Counted from the first letter of the stretch, positions 48,998 through 60,124 are shown. The stretch: DNA of 64,000 nucleotides from an uncultured virus (IMG/VR IMGVR_UViG_3300042922_001471) (IMGVR_UViG_3300042922_001471), one strand, 5' to 3'. A program made the numbers and translations. Notes: generated from the sequence alone by a model not told the origin.

Positions 48998-51115
48998 TTA
49001 TTTTGCAATATCAAATGTTACTCTATCTTTAAACTCTTCTCTCTTTCCTTTATTCCATTGTTTTACTGGTCTATTAAATCCTACGACTCTTGCCCACACT
49101 TCTGATTCTTTTCCACAAATAGGACATGTGAAATTTTCTCCTTTAATATATCCATGTTCTGGACATACGCTATATGTCGGGCTTATTGTAAAATAAGGAA
49201 TTCTGTAATTTTCTGCAATTTTTCTTACTAATGCTTTACAAGTATCTTTTTCTATTCTTTGACCAAGATATCCATGGAATGTAGTTCCACCAGTATACTT
49301 AGTTTGAAGTTCTTCTTGTAAGTCAAGAGCGTCAAATAAATCATCAGTTAAATTAACAGGTAATTGTGTTGAATTTGTATAATAAGGTTCATCTGTTCCT
49401 TGACTAATAATGTTTGGATAAATCTTTTTATCTTTTAATGCTAACTTATAAGCAGTACCTTCTGCAGGAGTAGCTTCAAGATTAAACATTACATTACCCT
49501 CTTCTTCTTGGTATTCCTGAAGTACATCTCTCATGTAGTCAAGAACCTTTGTTGTAAATGCTATTCCTTCCTTAGTTGCCATTGTAGTTTCTTTTCCAAA
49601 GAAATTCATTAAGCACTCATTCATTCCATTTAGACCTATTGTACTAAAGTGATTAGCCCAATATGAACCATGTCTTGCATAAGTATTCTTTAAATAAAAT
49701 TTAGCATAAGGATAAAGTCCAATCTCTGTGTTATGTTCAAGAATTTTTCTTTTAATCATTAATGATTCTTTTGCCAAATCCATTAAATAACGAAGTCTTG
49801 CAAAGAAATCTTCTTCGTTTTTTGACACATACCCAAGTCTTGGCATATTTATTGTTACAACACCTGTTGAGCCTGTTAATGGTGCAGAGCCAAATAATCC
49901 TCCACCTCCACGCTTTTTAAGTTCTCTACGGTCTAAACGAAGTCTACAGCACATACTTGTTGCATCTTCTGGACTTAATTCACTATTAATATAATTACAG
50001 AAACTTGGGATACCATATTTTGCAGTCATTTCAAAAACAATGTCTAACACAGGGTTGTCCCAGTCAAAGTTTTGAGTTAAATTATATGTTGGAAGTGGGA
50101 AACTAAATTGTCTGCCCAGTTTATCTCCCTCTAACATTACCTCAGCAAATGCTTGATTTAACATATTCATTTCTTTTTGATAATCACCATAAACTTTATC
50201 TAATAGAAGTTTTCCTCCAATTAAAATAGGATTATTTTTATAGTTTTCTGGAACAGTTAAATCCATTGTTAAGTTAATAAATGGAGTTTGAAACCCAACA
50301 CGAGTTGGTACGTTACAATTAAATATAAACTCTTGCATAGCTTGTTTTACTTCTTTATAAGTTAAGTTATCTTCTTTTATAAATGGAGCAAGCAAAGTAT
50401 CAAAATTACTAAATGCTTGTGCACCAGCGGCCTCACCTTGAAGTGTATATAAAAAGTTTACTATTTGTCCTAAAGCAGGTTTAAAGTGCTTAGGAGGTGC
50501 AGATTCAGTTTTGCCTTCAACACCACAAAATCCTTCTCTAAGTAAGTCTTCTAAAGACCAACCACAGCAATAAGGAGCAAATAAACTAAGGTCATGCAAA
50601 TGAAAATCACCAGATTTATGAGATTCTCTGATTGTTTGCGGATAAATTTTGTTTAACCAATATTCTTCCGTAAGTTCTGCTACAATATATTGATTTAGAC
50701 CTTGTAAAGAATATGCCATATTGGAATTTTCTTTTGTTTTCCAGTCTTTTAAACCGATATATTGGTCAAATATTCTTTGAACACCACCAACAACTTCTTT
50801 CTCCTGTCTTTTTTCTGCATGTTTGCTTCTGTATACAGCAAAAGCTTTATAAACTTTTCTATCAGAATCTAAAAGCACATCTTCAACTAAATCTTGAATT
50901 TCCTCTACTGTTGGAAATTTCTTTTCAAAAGATAATTCATTTAATCTTTCTATAACCTTATTTGATAATACCTGTACTTTTAATAAAAGATTTTGTGCAT
51001 TACTGAAAGGATATACTGCGATATGAGCCTTTCTAATAGCATTGCGAATCTTTATTTCATCGAAGCTTACCACTTCACCGTTTCTTTTTACTACTTTAAT
51101 TACTTTATTTTCCAT
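48998..51115 (-). CDS. nrdD: anaerobic (class III) ribonucleoside-triphosphate reductase with ATP-cone
   Basis: VVKRNG ATP-cone, SMCCRL, EATPAEG, CPEHG...CPICG, RVVGF glycyl-radical loop. Confidence 0.97.
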   Translation of the reverse strand: MENKVIKVVKRNGEVVSFDEIKIRNAIRKAHIAVYPFSNAQNLLLKVQVLSNKVIERLNELSFEKKFPTVEEIQDLVEDVLLDSDRKVYKAFAVYRSKHAEKRQEKEVVGGVQRIFDQYIGLKDWKTKENSNMAYSLQGLNQYIVAELTEEYWLNKIYPQTIRESHKSGDFHLHDLSLFAPYCCGWSLEDLLREGFCGVEGKTESAPPKHFKPALGQIVNFLYTLQGEAAGAQAFSNFDTLLAPFIKEDNLTYKEVKQAMQEFIFNCNVPTRVGFQTPFINLTMDLTVPENYKNNPILIGGKLLLDKVYGDYQKEMNMLNQAFAEVMLEGDKLGRQFSFPLPTYNLTQNFDWDNPVLDIVFEMTAKYGIPSFCNYINSELSPEDATSMCCRLRLDRRELKKRGGGGLFGSAPLTGSTGVVTINMPRLGYVSKNEEDFFARLRYLMDLAKESLMIKRKILEHNTEIGLYPYAKFYLKNTYARHGSYWANHFSTIGLNGMNECLMNFFGKETTMATKEGIAFTTKVLDYMRDVLQEYQEEEGNVMFNLEATPAEGTAYKLALKDKKIYPNIISQGTDEPYYTNSTQLPVNLTDDLFDALDLQEELQTKYTGGTTFHGYLGQRIEKDTCKALVRKIAENYRIPYFTISPTYSVCPEHGYIKGENFTCPICGKESEVWARVVGFNRPVKQWNKGKREEFKDRVTFDIAK

Positions 51116-51404
51116 GATTTTTTACTTCCTTTCTATATTTGTAACTACTTGGTTACACCTTTTTGAATTTTTTGATTTTATATTATAGTTAAAATACGTA
51201 TATTTTATTATTTATAAAATCAAATTACTAAAGGTTTACCAGTAGTTGATTTGTGGTATATTATTATAGATTTTAAAATCTATTTTATTATAAAAGTAGT
51301 CTGAATTTATGATGAATGTCTATTTAGTTATAAGTAGCACTGAAATATGGTAACAAGAATTATTATATAAAAAGACCTGGGCAAATTACCCAAGTCTTTA
51401 ATTA

Positions 51405-54251
51405 TTATTTAGCTACTACACTATTTAACCTATTTATTAGTTCTGTTTTTTCAGAACTGTCAGCTAATTTATTAACTGCATCTGTAGCTAATTTAATATA
51501 AGTAGCATGTTTATATTTTTCTGCTTTTTCAACTAATATAGTTGCATTATTTAATGCAATTTCATCTTCAGTTGGATATATTTCTGGTCTTAAGTCTTTT
51601 AAAATTTGCTGTAATTCTGTTTTAATTGCTGAATCAACTAATGCATTTACTAAAGTATTTGCTTTATCAAAATAATACTTTGAGTTATATTCTACTGCTT
51701 TATTAACATAGTAATTAGCATTTACAACATCTTTATTATCTATAGCACTATTGTATTCATCTTTTAAAAAGTTTGCTCTATCTAATAAATTAGCTTTGCC
51801 ATCAATTGAATCTGAAAGACTTCTAACAAGTAATAATGCATATTCGATATTTGATTTAGTTCTATTAGCTTCTGCTTTTACAACTGCCTCTGTAGCTTGT
51901 AATAATACTATGTTATCATAGTCCATGGCTGTCAATCTATTGTTTAAAGCCTTTTTAGCTAAACTTGGGACTAATGCATCAATCGAAGTTTTTGCAGTTG
52001 TTACATATGGTTCTTTTTTATATGCTTCGGCTATTTTAAGTTTATTAGTAGCATCTTTTAACGCATTATCTATTGGGTTTAATTTATTTTCTAAAGTTAT
52101 CTTTATTTCTTCATGTTTAAGAATATTGATAGATACTCTTGCAATATTTACATCTTCTTGAAGTTTTGTTTGAACAGCTTTATTAGTATTATTAGTTGCA
52201 TCTTCTTCTTGAATTTGGTTTTGAATACCATCCAGTTGCTCTATTAATTGTTCTTTTTCAGCACTGTTTGGAAGTTGATTTATCAAATCCCATGAAAATT
52301 CTAAATCTTCTGGTAATTTATTTTCTTCAACATTTTTAATAGCTTCAACTACATTTACTATTATTTGTTGTTCTTCAGTTCTAACAATAAGTAAATCTTT
52401 TTCAGCACTATTTGGAAGGTTATTTACTAAATCTAAAGCATAATCTAAATCAACTTGCAAATCAGTTGACTCAGCATGTTCTATTGCTGTTGTTGCTTTA
52501 ACTAAATTAACAATTTTTTGCTGTTCTTCAGCTCTGTTAACAAGCAAATCTTTTTCAGCACTATTTGGAAGTTTATTTATTAATTCTAAAACAAAATCTA
52601 AATCGTTTTGTAAATCAGTTGATTCAGCATGTTCGATTGCTGTAGTTACTTCCTCTACAGTTACATTATAAACAGTTATTGACACAATCAAGCTTTCATT
52701 TCCTGCTAAATCTGTTGTTTTAGAATTTATTATATAATTACCATTTTCTAAAGTAACAACAGAATTATAAGGTATCCAATTACCATTATTAATTTGATAT
52801 AATGTTTCTTTTATTCCAGATTCATTATCAGTTCCAGGAAGAATTACTAAATTATTTTCTTCTACTGATAAAACTGGGATTGTTGGAACAATCTTATCAA
52901 TATTGGTTATTGTAACTGTTTCAGTTGTCATATTCTCATAATTATCTATAGCTATGAAATTAAAAGTTCCGTTTTCTGTAAAAGTGTGACTTGTCGCATT
53001 TAATGTTCCCTTATTTGTAAAAGCGGTCACAGTTATATCTTGATTTGTAGGAATTGTAATATACTCATTTATTGTAACAACTGGTGGTCTATTAGGTTCA
53101 ATTGCTACAACTGGAAATACTTGTGAAATTGTATTGCCAATACCTAATTGACCAGAACTGTTATTTCCCCAAGCATTTAACGTGCCATCTTCCATTAATG
53201 CTAATGTATAAGAATGTCCTAATGCTATTTGTTTTATATTAGTTAAGTTTGGTACGGATACTGGAGCTTTTTGGTTAGGTGAAACCCCTATTCCTAATTC
53301 TCCATCAGCATTACGCCCCCAAGCCTGTATTGTTTTATCTTCCATTAATGCAATAGTATGATAATATCCTGCTGAAACCTGTTCAACATTATAAATATTT
53401 GGTATTGTTATTGGAGATGTTTGGATTGCTGAAGTACTAACTCCTAATTGCCCATATCCATTACTTCCCCAAACATTTATTGTACCATCTTCCATTAATG
53501 CTACTGAATGAGCATATTTAGATGCTATTTGTTTTACATTGTTTAGATTTGGAACAATTACTGGTGATTTTTTTGATGTTCTATTTCCTATTCCTAATTG
53601 TCCATGTTCATTTACCCCCCATGCCATTACTGTTCCATCTTTCATCAATGCTAATGTATGATAACTCCCCATTGCAATTTGTTTTACATTATTAAGATTT
53701 GATATAGTTACTGGGGATACTTTATCCGTTACAGTACCTATGCCCAATTGACCATCCTCATTCCAACCCCAAGCTTTTACTGTCCCATCTTCCATTATTG
53801 CAAATGAATGAGAACCAGAACAAGCTATTTCTTTCACATTTGCAAGTCCTTGAATTATTACTGGTGAACTTTTATTAATTTTATTACCTATCCCTAATTG
53901 TCCATGGGCATTATACCCCCAAGCCATTACTGTTCCATCTTCAAGCAAAGCTAACGAATGAGAAGCCCCAGCTTCAATTTGTTTTACATTATTAAGTTCT
54001 GGTATTATTATTGGTAATTCCTGGTCTATCGTATTTCCAATACCTAATTGTCCATAATTATTTTGTCCCCATGCCATTACTGTTCCGTCTTCCATTAATA
54101 CCATTGAGTATGAATTACCAGCTACCACTTGTTTTATATTCACCCATGATGCATAACTTTGGATTGGCATTTCCAGTCCATAACTTGATGATACTAATAT
54201 CGCTAAAAGCAATATAAATATCATAAGTTGCTTAATTCTTTCTCTCTTCAT
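51405..54251 (-). CDS. secreted RCC1/BLIP-II repeat protein with Ig-like and helical repeats
   Basis: signal peptide; 7 x ALMEDGTVxAWGxNxxGQLGIG; helical ATxAVxKAE repeats; paralog of the 1-7257 gene. Confidence 0.92.
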   Translation of the reverse strand: MKRERIKQLMIFILLLAILVSSSYGLEMPIQSYASWVNIKQVVAGNSYSMVLMEDGTVMAWGQNNYGQLGIGNTIDQELPIIIPELNNVKQIEAGASHSLALLEDGTVMAWGYNAHGQLGIGNKINKSSPVIIQGLANVKEIACSGSHSFAIMEDGTVKAWGWNEDGQLGIGTVTDKVSPVTISNLNNVKQIAMGSYHTLALMKDGTVMAWGVNEHGQLGIGNRTSKKSPVIVPNLNNVKQIASKYAHSVALMEDGTINVWGSNGYGQLGVSTSAIQTSPITIPNIYNVEQVSAGYYHTIALMEDKTIQAWGRNADGELGIGVSPNQKAPVSVPNLTNIKQIALGHSYTLALMEDGTLNAWGNNSSGQLGIGNTISQVFPVVAIEPNRPPVVTINEYITIPTNQDITVTAFTNKGTLNATSHTFTENGTFNFIAIDNYENMTTETVTITNIDKIVPTIPVLSVEENNLVILPGTDNESGIKETLYQINNGNWIPYNSVVTLENGNYIINSKTTDLAGNESLIVSITVYNVTVEEVTTAIEHAESTDLQNDLDFVLELINKLPNSAEKDLLVNRAEEQQKIVNLVKATTAIEHAESTDLQVDLDYALDLVNNLPNSAEKDLLIVRTEEQQIIVNVVEAIKNVEENKLPEDLEFSWDLINQLPNSAEKEQLIEQLDGIQNQIQEEDATNNTNKAVQTKLQEDVNIARVSINILKHEEIKITLENKLNPIDNALKDATNKLKIAEAYKKEPYVTTAKTSIDALVPSLAKKALNNRLTAMDYDNIVLLQATEAVVKAEANRTKSNIEYALLLVRSLSDSIDGKANLLDRANFLKDEYNSAIDNKDVVNANYYVNKAVEYNSKYYFDKANTLVNALVDSAIKTELQQILKDLRPEIYPTEDEIALNNATILVEKAEKYKHATYIKLATDAVNKLADSSEKTELINRLNSVVAK

Positions 54252-54618
54252 ATGTTTCTCCTTTTTATAATTTATTTTATTTTCAAACTAAGCCATTATA
54301 TGCAATAGTACATCTAAAAATTCAATAATAAAACAATCTATATATAGTGGTTTAATCGGAGAATGGTTACTTTCCCTTAATAATAAGGTACTCATTGCCT
54401 ATTTGGAACAGATGTTTTATAATATGAATGTAAACTTATGAAATCCAAAGTAATTGATGATTATATACTTTTGAAAAGACAAATTGCAAAAACAGATTGA
54501 TTCTTTACTACATTATTTAATAAATAATACGGTAATTAGTTAGAACAATTAGAACAATTAGAACAGGTATAAAAACCATATTGTAGGATGAAACAAATAA
54601 GAAAGTGGAGGATACAAA

Positions 54619-54828
54619 ATGGAAAAGCAAAATTGTAAAATTTGTACTTATTTTGAAGAAGATTCATCTGTTGGATTTTATGATTGTGCATGTGATGCCG
54701 AAGATGCAACAGATGAAATTATTGATATTAATTGGGAAGAAAATGGCATAAATTGTCCATTTTACAAAATTAGTAAAAAAACACTTGAAGAAATGAAATG
54801 TGAAGAGAAATACGGATATGAAAAATAA
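54619..54828 (+). CDS. small Cys-rich protein
   Basis: GGAGG SD; CKICTYF...CAC...CPFY. Confidence 0.7.
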   Translation: MEKQNCKICTYFEEDSSVGFYDCACDAEDATDEIIDINWEENGINCPFYKISKKTLEEMKCEEKYGYEK

Positions 54829-54966
54829 ATAAAACTTAAAAAGCCTATTAATAAATTTACTTTCTACAATATCTACAAGTTAGGTTATAAGTTAACTTAA
54901 ATTTAATAAAATATAAAAATAAATATTTAATAGGAAATATATTATTATTATATTAAGGAGGGTACA

Positions 54967-55641
54967 TTGATGTTATTTAAAGGTATTCAAAAAACTTCTT
55001 TTGTAGATTACCCTGGAAAAATTTCTACTGCATTCTTTACTGCTGGCTGTAATTTTAAATGTCCTTACTGCCATAATGGTCATTTAGTGAATAATCAATC
55101 TGATTTAAACATTAGTGAAGAAGATGCCATAGTTTATTTAGAAACCAGGAAAAGAAGCATTGACGCTGTTGTAATTTCAGGAGGAGAACCTACTCTATTC
55201 GGTATTGAACTAATAACTTTTTTAGAAAAACTAAAAGAACTTGGGTATTTAATAAAATTAGATACGAATGGAACAAACCCAGATATAATTAAAATAATAC
55301 TTGATAAAAAACTTGTGAATTATATTGCAATGGACATAAAATCACCTATTGCCAAATATGAAAAAGTAGTTAATGCAAATGTTAATCTGAGTAAGATAAT
55401 TGAAAGTATTAAATTGATTAAAAATTCTGAAATTGATTATGAATTTAGAACTACTGTTACAAAGGAGCTTCTTTTAAAAAATGATATCATAGATATCATT
55501 GAAGAAATATCTCCTTGCAAAAAGTATTATTTACAAAACTTTAATGACGGAAATAACGTACTTGAAGGGAAAGGTGTATTCCATCCTGTTGATTTTCTTA
55601 ATGAAATAAAAGAAAAATATTCATTTATAGAAATAAGGTAA
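54967..55641 (+). CDS. nrdG: anaerobic RNR activating protein (radical SAM)
   Basis: DYPGK, GCNFKCPYCHN, SGGEPT, KLDTNG, YEFRTT. Confidence 0.93.
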   Translation: MMLFKGIQKTSFVDYPGKISTAFFTAGCNFKCPYCHNGHLVNNQSDLNISEEDAIVYLETRKRSIDAVVISGGEPTLFGIELITFLEKLKELGYLIKLDTNGTNPDIIKIILDKKLVNYIAMDIKSPIAKYEKVVNANVNLSKIIESIKLIKNSEIDYEFRTTVTKELLLKNDIIDIIEEISPCKKYYLQNFNDGNNVLEGKGVFHPVDFLNEIKEKYSFIEIR

Positions 55642-55826
55642 ACAAAAAGGAGCTTTACTAAAGCTCCTTTTTGTTTTATACAGATTCTATTTTATCACCT
55701 AAATCTATGTGCTTAACCGAAAAAATTGGACAAATTCAATACCATAATTTAATCCATTTCTTATTATTTTACTGATTTATTCCAATAGCACACCTAATTC
55801 CTCGTACCTTATAAGTAGAATTTAAC

Positions 55827-56393
55827 CTAATCCATATAATTCTCTATATTTAATTTTTCAGCTCTTGCCTTTGCTCTTTTTACTTCTTCCGTATCAATAA
55901 AGTTAATTTTTCTTAAATCAGCAGTTAAAATATTTTTAATATTTACATTCTTAAAGTTCATGTCTCTATAAAGGATAAACTCATAGTCTTTAATTTTTAC
56001 TTTAGCATCATAGTCATTCAATCCATATTTTAGACTTCCTACTCCCTCAATAGTAATTTCTTCAATATCAACATCAAACAAGTTTTGAGCAGACAAAATT
56101 TCTATTGCAATATTATGATTATTTGTAATAACATTCATATATATCACTCCTTTATTTACTTTTTCTAAAACATTCGTTGAGTTTATTATTTCTATATCGA
56201 ATATATCATAAAAAATAAATTGACCTTCATCATTATCTCTTAAAACTACAAAAGCACACATATATCCATTATACTTTACTGTACCTTCAAATTCTCTGTT
56301 TTGATAATTATGAGATTTAAATTTTAATCTATCCCCTTCACGAATTTCATTTCCCAAGATGTCTTTTTTCCCTATTAACACATTTTTAAACAT
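55827..56393 (-). CDS. YopX-like domain in frame with a second ORF that has its own SD
   Basis: GKKDILGNEIREGD; internal AAGGAG plus ATG at 56138. Confidence 0.65.
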   Translation of the reverse strand: MFKNVLIGKKDILGNEIREGDRLKFKSHNYQNREFEGTVKYNGYMCAFVVLRDNDEGQFIFYDIFDIEIINSTNVLEKVNKGVIYMNVITNNHNIAIEILSAQNLFDVDIEEITIEGVGSLKYGLNDYDAKVKIKDYEFILYRDMNFKNVNIKNILTADLRKINFIDTEEVKRAKARAEKLNIENYMD

Positions 56394-56404
56394 ATCTTCA
56401 CCTC

Positions 56405-56626
56405 TTAACAAGCTTTCTTACATAACTTTATTTTTTCAATCAATTCAGTATTGTTTTTAGCCCTAAAAATTTTATCTTTACCTGGCTTTATATATATAAA
56501 AACACCACTATTTGCATAATTCCCACTATTTGTTTTAAGTGGAGAAATCACACCAGCTTCTGGAAATACCTCTCTAATTACTTCACAAACTTCATTAAAC
56601 GATGTTCTTTTCATGACATCCTCCAT
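56405..56626 (-). CDS. hypothetical protein
   Basis: 73 aa; probable start MKRT after GGAGG. Confidence 0.65.
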   Translation of the reverse strand: MEDVMKRTSFNEVCEVIREVFPEAGVISPLKTNSGNYANSGVFIYIKPGKDKIFRAKNNTELIEKIKLCKKAC

Positions 56627-56694
56627 AAATTAATTATTTTCTATAATACCTTTTATTTTGTGTTTCTATATTATAGAAAAAATTAGTTTTTTTA

Positions 56695-56931
56695 TTATTG
56701 ACTTTTAATGATTTTGACATTAGGAATCAAGTTCATTAATTTTTCAGTAAGTTCAATTACCCACTTAATTATAATTAATGGTAGTCCAATTAAAGTAAAA
56801 AATAATTCCTTTATCATAAATTTATAACTTTTATATGTTTTTGTAAATGCAATATTTCCAATTTTAACAATTCCATAACCATTCTCAAATAATATATCAA
56901 CAGCTTCTTTATTTTTCTTTTCTATTTTCAT
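56695..56931 (-). CDS. small membrane protein
   Basis: 78 aa with one hydrophobic segment. Confidence 0.6.
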   Translation of the reverse strand: MKIEKKNKEAVDILFENGYGIVKIGNIAFTKTYKSYKFMIKELFFTLIGLPLIIIKWVIELTEKLMNLIPNVKIIKSQ

Positions 56932-56940
56932 ATATACACC

Positions 56941-57189
56941 TCACTGACTTGCACTCCACTCTAATAATCTTTCTTTGTCCCATAAAGATTTTTCATACTC
57001 ATATATAGCATTATAAGAAACTCTATTATAATCTGGTATCAAAGTTCGAATTGATTCGTGACAAAATAACTTTTTATATCCAAATAGTCCTTTCTTTAAA
57101 ATATAACAGTAAATTTTTTTTTTATTTTTTGTTTCTTTAATTCCAACAATATAACTTCTATCATTCTTAATAATTTCTTTAGTAACCAA
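56941..57189 (-). CDS. hypothetical protein
   Basis: 82 aa, AGGAGG SD. Confidence 0.7.
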   Translation of the reverse strand: MVTKEIIKNDRSYIVGIKETKNKKKIYCYILKKGLFGYKKLFCHESIRTLIPDYNRVSYNAIYEYEKSLWDKERLLEWSASQ

Positions 57190-57372
57190 ATTCCCTCCTA
57201 TCTTTATATTGACTATATTATGCCAAATTTTAATTTTATACCCTAAATTGTTTACTATTACAGTATATAATATTTACTATCTTTTGTCAATTATGTTTTA
57301 CATTATACTGCATATAATGAAGAATATTTAATTATTTAGGTGAATTTTATATTTAATTTTAGGAGGACTATC

Positions 57373-58101
57373 ATGGATAGACAACATTTAAAGGAACAGA
57401 AATTACTTAGTAAAAGAATTGTAGAAAAGTTTTTATCAGAAAGGATAAATCAAGGAAGAAATATATCAAAGGGTTTAATAGTAACTGCTTCTTTTGTATT
57501 TTGTTTAATTGTAGTATTTTCAGCATTTACAGGAAAGGAAGCAAAAGAAATTAATATTAAAAACTTTTATGTTGAAGAATTTAAAAATACTGAAATTCTT
57601 TCATTAAATGCTATTAAAGAGCAAGCTTTAGAATTTGAAAAGAATGAAAAAGAAGATATTTATAATGAAAATATACCAATGCCAAGAGAACACCAAGAGT
57701 ATTTATATGAATTGTGCAAAGAAAGAGGGTTAGATTATAAAATCACTTTAGCAGTTTTAAAGCATGAGAGTCAATTCGATGCAAATGTTATAGCAGATAG
57801 GGATTATGGTTATATGCAAATCAATTTAATAAACCATAAATATTTATCTGAATTGCTTGGCACAGCAAATAAACCACTTGACCCTTACATTAATATTAAC
57901 TGGGGAACATATATGTTATCTGACTTATATGAATATTGGGAATCTAATGGATTAACTGGAAAAGAACTTGAAGAAAGTGTTTTAAGTAGCTATAATAAAG
58001 GTATTACAGGTTATAAAAGAGGTGGTAAAGCTATGGTATATCTTGAAAAAATTGAAAATGAAAAAACATTTATTTATCAAGCTTTTAACACTGCATATTA
58101 A
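57373..58101 (+). CDS. membrane-anchored lytic transglycosylase (SLT domain)
   Basis: LAVLKHESQF, GYMQI, NINWG, SYNKG; start re-called after AGGAGG. Confidence 0.88.
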   Translation: MDRQHLKEQKLLSKRIVEKFLSERINQGRNISKGLIVTASFVFCLIVVFSAFTGKEAKEINIKNFYVEEFKNTEILSLNAIKEQALEFEKNEKEDIYNENIPMPREHQEYLYELCKERGLDYKITLAVLKHESQFDANVIADRDYGYMQINLINHKYLSELLGTANKPLDPYININWGTYMLSDLYEYWESNGLTGKELEESVLSSYNKGITGYKRGGKAMVYLEKIENEKTFIYQAFNTAY

Positions 58102-58193
58102 AATTTATTTAACATAAAACTCCTAATTATTGGAGTTTTATTATTATCTACTACGAAATTATAAGTTAAACCACTTAAAAAAGGAGAAAGTAA

Positions 58194-58880
58194 ATGAGTG
58201 AAAAATTTACTATATTTGAAGTAATAGCAAAAAATAAAATATGGAGTGAGGCAAATAAAGAAAAATCTTTAAAATCTGAAGATTCCTCTGTAGAATTAGC
58301 TCTAAGAACTTCAGAAAACTTTGATAATTTCGAAGACAATATGGCATATAGAAGACTCTTCGGATTGCCAAAAAATAATAATTATCATAAGACATTTCTT
58401 GAATGTTTGTGTAATGCCATTTGTGATTTATCCAATGCTCTAAGCAAAGATATAATGCATTTTGAAGATTATTTAATAGGAACAGGGAAAACAAAAGATG
58501 GATTAAATATTGAATTTAGACACATGTTTTCGCAATTTGGGCAAGTATTAAGATATATTGTTAATTGTACAAGTTGGAGAACAGGAAATTTTGAGCCATT
58601 TGATGCATTTGAAATCAGCAAAAAATTATCCTATGTTATTTCATTTTGCAAAAGAGAAATTTACAAAGAAAGTATTAGCTCTTTAAAAGAAAACACCATG
58701 CCTTCTTTCGAATTTATATCTGCAGGGAAAATCAAAATAAATGAAAAGCCATTCTTAATTAACACAAATTTGGGAGAAGGTATTAATTCAATTATTAATA
58801 GTAATCTTACTAAAAACAGATTTTTCTACACTGTAACAGCAAATACTTATCTGTTTTTTAATTACAATCAACTTTTATGA
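58194..58880 (+). CDS. hypothetical protein
   Basis: 228 aa, AAGGAG SD. Confidence 0.75.
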   Translation: MSEKFTIFEVIAKNKIWSEANKEKSLKSEDSSVELALRTSENFDNFEDNMAYRRLFGLPKNNNYHKTFLECLCNAICDLSNALSKDIMHFEDYLIGTGKTKDGLNIEFRHMFSQFGQVLRYIVNCTSWRTGNFEPFDAFEISKKLSYVISFCKREIYKESISSLKENTMPSFEFISAGKIKINEKPFLINTNLGEGINSIINSNLTKNRFFYTVTANTYLFFNYNQLL

Positions 58881-59311
58881 AATAAAAAATCATCCTTTAC
58901 TTTTTAAAGTGCTGGATGATTTTTTTACATAAGTTATAAGGTATTTGTAAAGTGTAAACACTTTTTACTATTTGTGGAATTTTGTTACTATTGTAGATTC
59001 AACTGCTATTTAACGACTAACGAAATAATTGAGTTTATTATTAAAATATATTAATATATTAACTACACGAAATTTATACGATGTTACTTAAGTTTATTAC
59101 CTACATTTTTAACTATAAAACGAAAAATCGAAATTAGAATTTTTTATATCTAATTTTACATACCTTTGTCAGAATTTTTTAATTTATTATTTTTTTATCC
59201 TAATTAATAACTTATTTTAATATATATTTAATTATAGTTTTATAATTTGATATTTATTACTTAAATCGTAAAAAAAAGAACAATATTTTATATACTGTTC
59301 TTTTACTCTTT

Positions 59312-59515
59312 TTAATACATATATTCATCACCAATTAAAGATGAATATATAGGTGTATGTCTTTTCCTTCTAACGCCAACAAGAGTTTCAGCTTCTTCTT
59401 CAGTTAAGTATAAATTGTGTTTGTCGTTATTGTTTTGTTGTTCTTCTCTTTCCAAAAAATAACTTTCCACCTCAATGCAACTTGCTAATTTCTTTGTCAT
59501 TTTAACATCCTCCAT
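59312..59515 (-). CDS. hypothetical protein
   Basis: 67 aa; probable start MTKK after GGAGG. Confidence 0.6.
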   Translation of the reverse strand: MEDVKMTKKLASCIEVESYFLEREEQQNNNDKHNLYLTEEEAETLVGVRRKRHTPIYSSLIGDEYMY

Positions 59516-59654
59516 GCCTATGTAAAATATTATTTTTAATTCCTGATTTAAAAATATTATTATATTATATAAATCAGTTGATAATTTATAACTGAAGACT
59601 ATAGTTTATGAACTTTTTACATAAAAAAAAGAAGATATAAATACCTTCCTTTTT

Positions 59655-59795
59655 TTACTCATGCAGGATATCCTGTATGCATGGCAGGGAAACCCCTGCC
59701 AAGTTTTCTTGGTATCAACAAAATAATATATTAGAAAAAAATGATGTTGCAAATTGTGTCGCTAAATTTATTTTAGGTAATATACTATTTTGCAT
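59655..59795 (-). CDS. small ORF with in-frame TGA after Cys: either 26 aa, or 46 aa if UGA is read as selenocysteine
   Basis: AAAGGAG SD; MQNSILPKINLATQFATSFFSNILFC-TGA-YQENLAGVSLPCIQDILHE-TAA; 8-bp GC-rich stem downstream of the TGA. Confidence 0.4.
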
Positions 59796-60124
59796 TGTCT
59801 GCACTCCTTTATATTAAAATTTTTGCATTTACCTTTTGCTACCTACATATTTAATTATATACTCTGACAAAGAAAATATAACTGCAGTTTTAAGAAAATA
59901 ACTTAAATTTTAATATTTATTTTTTCATTATTAATTACATTAATTAAAATTATATTCTTTTATTTACTTTTTCTTTTAATGCTAAAATTTCAACCTTATC
60001 ACACCGATTATTTACTGGTGATTTAACAATTATAGGGTTAACTTTATAATAATTTTTATTTTTATTAACGATTTTTTCTAACTCTCTAAATGTTATTTTA
60101 ATTATTTTTTGTACCCCCTTATTT

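Noticed and set aside
54540..54566. (TTAGAACAA) x ~3
   Set aside because: Too short to assign a function
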